Below are positions 45,105-46,715 of a stretch of 46,715 bases of DNA, in pieces. A model generated the notes under the pieces. It searched no databases. It was not told the DNA's origin and saw only the letters and a list, made by a program, of their open reading frames with translations. The position numbers and the translations under genes are program-made. How positions within the stretch are numbered: the stretch's first letter is position 1; every line of letters starts with the position of its first letter. Origin of the DNA: a virus (Duplodnaviria > Caudoviricetes); the IMG/VR virus record IMGVR_UViG_3300030397_000540, positions 1-46,715 of that record; one strand, written 5' to 3'.

Positions 45105-45177
45105 TAGCAACGGGCGGATTCGAACCGCCGACCTCAAGGTTATGAGCCTTGCGAGCTACCAACTGCTCTACGTTGCG
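45105..45177 (-). tRNA. tRNA-Met(CAT), initiator-like; CCA not encoded
   Basis: Cloverleaf: acceptor CGCAACG/CGTTGCT with a 1:72 mismatch, D stem GAGC/GCTC, anticodon loop CTCATAA, T loop GGTTCGAATCC. Confidence 0.93.
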
Positions 45178-45244
45178 CTATAAAAACCTGCCCAGCGGCC
45201 TTGGACTCAGCCGGGACAGGTATAACCCCAAAAAACCAAATCTC

Positions 45245-45622
45245 TTAGTCGATCACCTTTTCGAAAACCTTCTCGTAAGGATTGTATCTCTGGTGGATAC
45301 CAATCAGGTAAACACCTGGCTTAATCGGACACTCCTTGGTATGATCAGCATTGCTCAAATGCTGATTCACTTTATATGTTTTCTCAGTCAACGTCGAATC
45401 CTTCATGTGTTGGTGAAAGGCACCGTCAGAGCCGATAACAGCAAACCTTTTGCCTTCGTACTCGAATAGCTCCACGCTGCCCGTTAAAACATGAACATGG
45501 CCTGATTTCTCACCGAATGCCACGGGTTGATTTTTAATCTTTTTGGCTCCTTGGGGCAATCTGTCGATCGAGTAAAATTGGACATCGCCGCCATGGCCGT
45601 TGAATTCATTAGTAAAATTCAT
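45245..45622 (-). CDS. His-rich partner of the DUF6745-like protein
   Basis: HGGDV, GEKSGHVHVL, HQH and PGVY---QRY motifs. Confidence 0.75.
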   Translation of the reverse strand: MNFTNEFNGHGGDVQFYSIDRLPQGAKKIKNQPVAFGEKSGHVHVLTGSVELFEYEGKRFAVIGSDGAFHQHMKDSTLTEKTYKVNQHLSNADHTKECPIKPGVYLIGIHQRYNPYEKVFEKVID

Positions 45623-45634
45623 ATCGATTGTGTT

Positions 45635-46715
45635 TTAAGATCTTGAATGAAATATGTTGTATGGTATTTCTTCGGGCACTTCCGCAGGACGAGTAGATTT
45701 TGCAGCCTCTAAAGCAGTAGAACAATTCGGTGGCACATCAATGAAGTACTTCTGGCCAGTTGAAGGACAAATAAACGTACACCATTTGAGTTTTGCCCCA
45801 ATTTCTTCAACTTCAAAAGGAGTTTCCCAAAGTTCGATTTCTTCTGTTTCCCCATTTGGGTGGACTATTGTTTTTGAATCCACCTGAACAGCGCCGATAA
45901 ACTCAGGGAACTTATCCGATCCGATAATGGAATACACCGCCCCTCGGATGTCTTCGTTCCTCTCCTTCATCCACTCATCACTAGTGTATTCACTCGACTT
46001 AACTCTTTGAAACAAATCAGGGTCAACATTTCTACCATGGATAAACCACAATCTGTATCCGTCTGCCCACTCTATTGCCGGTCCTTCAGGATTGTGAAGC
46101 CGACCATTTTCCCGATGCACAACAGATGGTTTTGCGCCCACCAGTGCTACGCCATTGAAAAAGATGCAATCATACAGCCCAGAGGATACGAAATCAGAGA
46201 ATTGATTTAATTTCTCATTCTTTAATATTCCTATTTGTGTAAAATAGTCGTAAAATGAAAGCCAACTATAAGACCAGATCGAGGAGTAGTAAGCAAATGA
46301 AAAGAATTCCATTTTTTGATCCCTGACTTGATCCCTGACTTGATCCCTGACTTGATCCCTGACTTGAGCCCCGACTTGATCCCAGACTTGATCCCCGACT
46401 TGAGCCCTGACTTGATCCCAGACTTGATCCCAGACTTGATCCCTGACTTGAGCCCCGACTTGAGCCCAGACTTGATCCCCGACTTGATCCCTGACTTGAT
46501 CCCAGACTTGATCCCTGACTTGAGCCCCGACTTGAGCCCAGACTTGATCCCCGACTTGATCCCTGACTTGATCCCAGACTTGATCCCCGACTTGATCCCT
46601 GACTTGATCCCTGACTTGAGCCCAGACTTGATCCCTGACTTGAGCCCTGACTTGATCCCTGACTTGAGCCCTGACTTGAGCCCTGACTTGATCCCTGACT
46701 TGATCCCTGACTTGA
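45635..46715 (-). CDS. C-terminal part of the DUF6745-like repeat protein (about 444 aa in total after removing the overlap)
   Basis: [22 protein letters not shown] and CPSTG--Y motifs; the frame is open through the repeat array. Confidence 0.88.
   Translation of the reverse strand, partial: QVRDQVRDQVRAQVRAQVRDQVRAQVRDQVWAQVRDQVRDQVGDQVWDQVRDQVGDQVWAQVGAQVRDQVWDQVRDQVGDQVWAQVGAQVRDQVWDQVWDQVRAQVGDQVWDQVGAQVRDQVRDQVRDQVRDQKMEFFSFAYYSSIWSYSWLSFYDYFTQIGILKNEKLNQFSDFVSSGLYDCIFFNGVALVGAKPSVVHRENGRLHNPEGPAIEWADGYRLWFIHGRNVDPDLFQRVKSSEYTSDEWMKERNEDIRGAVYSIIGSDKFPEFIGAVQVDSKTIVHPNGETEEIELWETPFEVEEIGAKLKWCTFICPSTGQKYFIDVPPNCSTALEAAKSTRPAEVPEEIPYNIFHSRS
46320..46715. repeat. 12-bp tandem array, 33 units here (34 in the circle), encoding QV(R/W/G)(D/A)
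   Basis: Read unit by unit; only 2 of 12 positions vary. Confidence 0.95.

Larger units (their letters stand above)
1..46715. mobile_element. Complete temperate tailed phage genome (siphovirus-like, probable Bacteroidota host), excised or circular form
   Basis: Terminase, portal, capsid, tape measure, integrase, intact attP and repressor are present; there is a 108-nt identical terminal overlap and no host housekeeping genes. Confidence 0.93.

Noticed and set aside
45028-45162. N-terminal extension of the antirepressor given in the ORF track
   Set aside because: It is a translation of the tRNA gene; the BRO domain begins at MDIQIFEF (45027)
46320-46715. CRISPR array or diversity-generating retroelement (both variable positions are adenines in the commonest coding-strand unit)
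   Set aside because: There are no spacers or cas genes, no reverse transcriptase or template repeat, and the adenines of the CAA codon never vary; slippage and recombination in a coding repeat explain it

Overview
The window is an apparently complete, circularly permuted temperate tailed-phage genome. The first 108 nt are identical to the last 108 nt, giving a unit length of about 46,607 bp. The host is probably in Bacteroidota, judged from TAnnTTTG promoters, AT-rich starts without Shine-Dalgarno sites and signal peptides ending before Gln. Modules present: an XRE repressor/Cro-like switch, recombination and replication genes with an iteron origin, a BRO antirepressor, tRNA-Met(CAT), a tyrosine integrase with excisionase and an intact attP resembling a tRNA 3' end, terminase, siphovirus-type tail and head genes in an unusual order, and holins with no recognisable endolysin. 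The most striking element is a candidate peptide-signalling system. A 468-aa HTH plus TPR-like (RRNPP-like architecture) gene is transcribed divergently from an unannotated 16-aa peptide, MTTQSKIVSGEDISCG. Four related micro-peptide units share the signature hydrophobic run-D-I-x-x-x: a tandem array of three at 4728-4813 and a lone copy at 34767-34802. None has a signal peptide. This looks like an arbitrium-like lysis/lysogeny or host-signal-mimicry circuit in a phage of a Gram-negative host. That function is inference and is untested. All family names are from motif recognition, not database searches.
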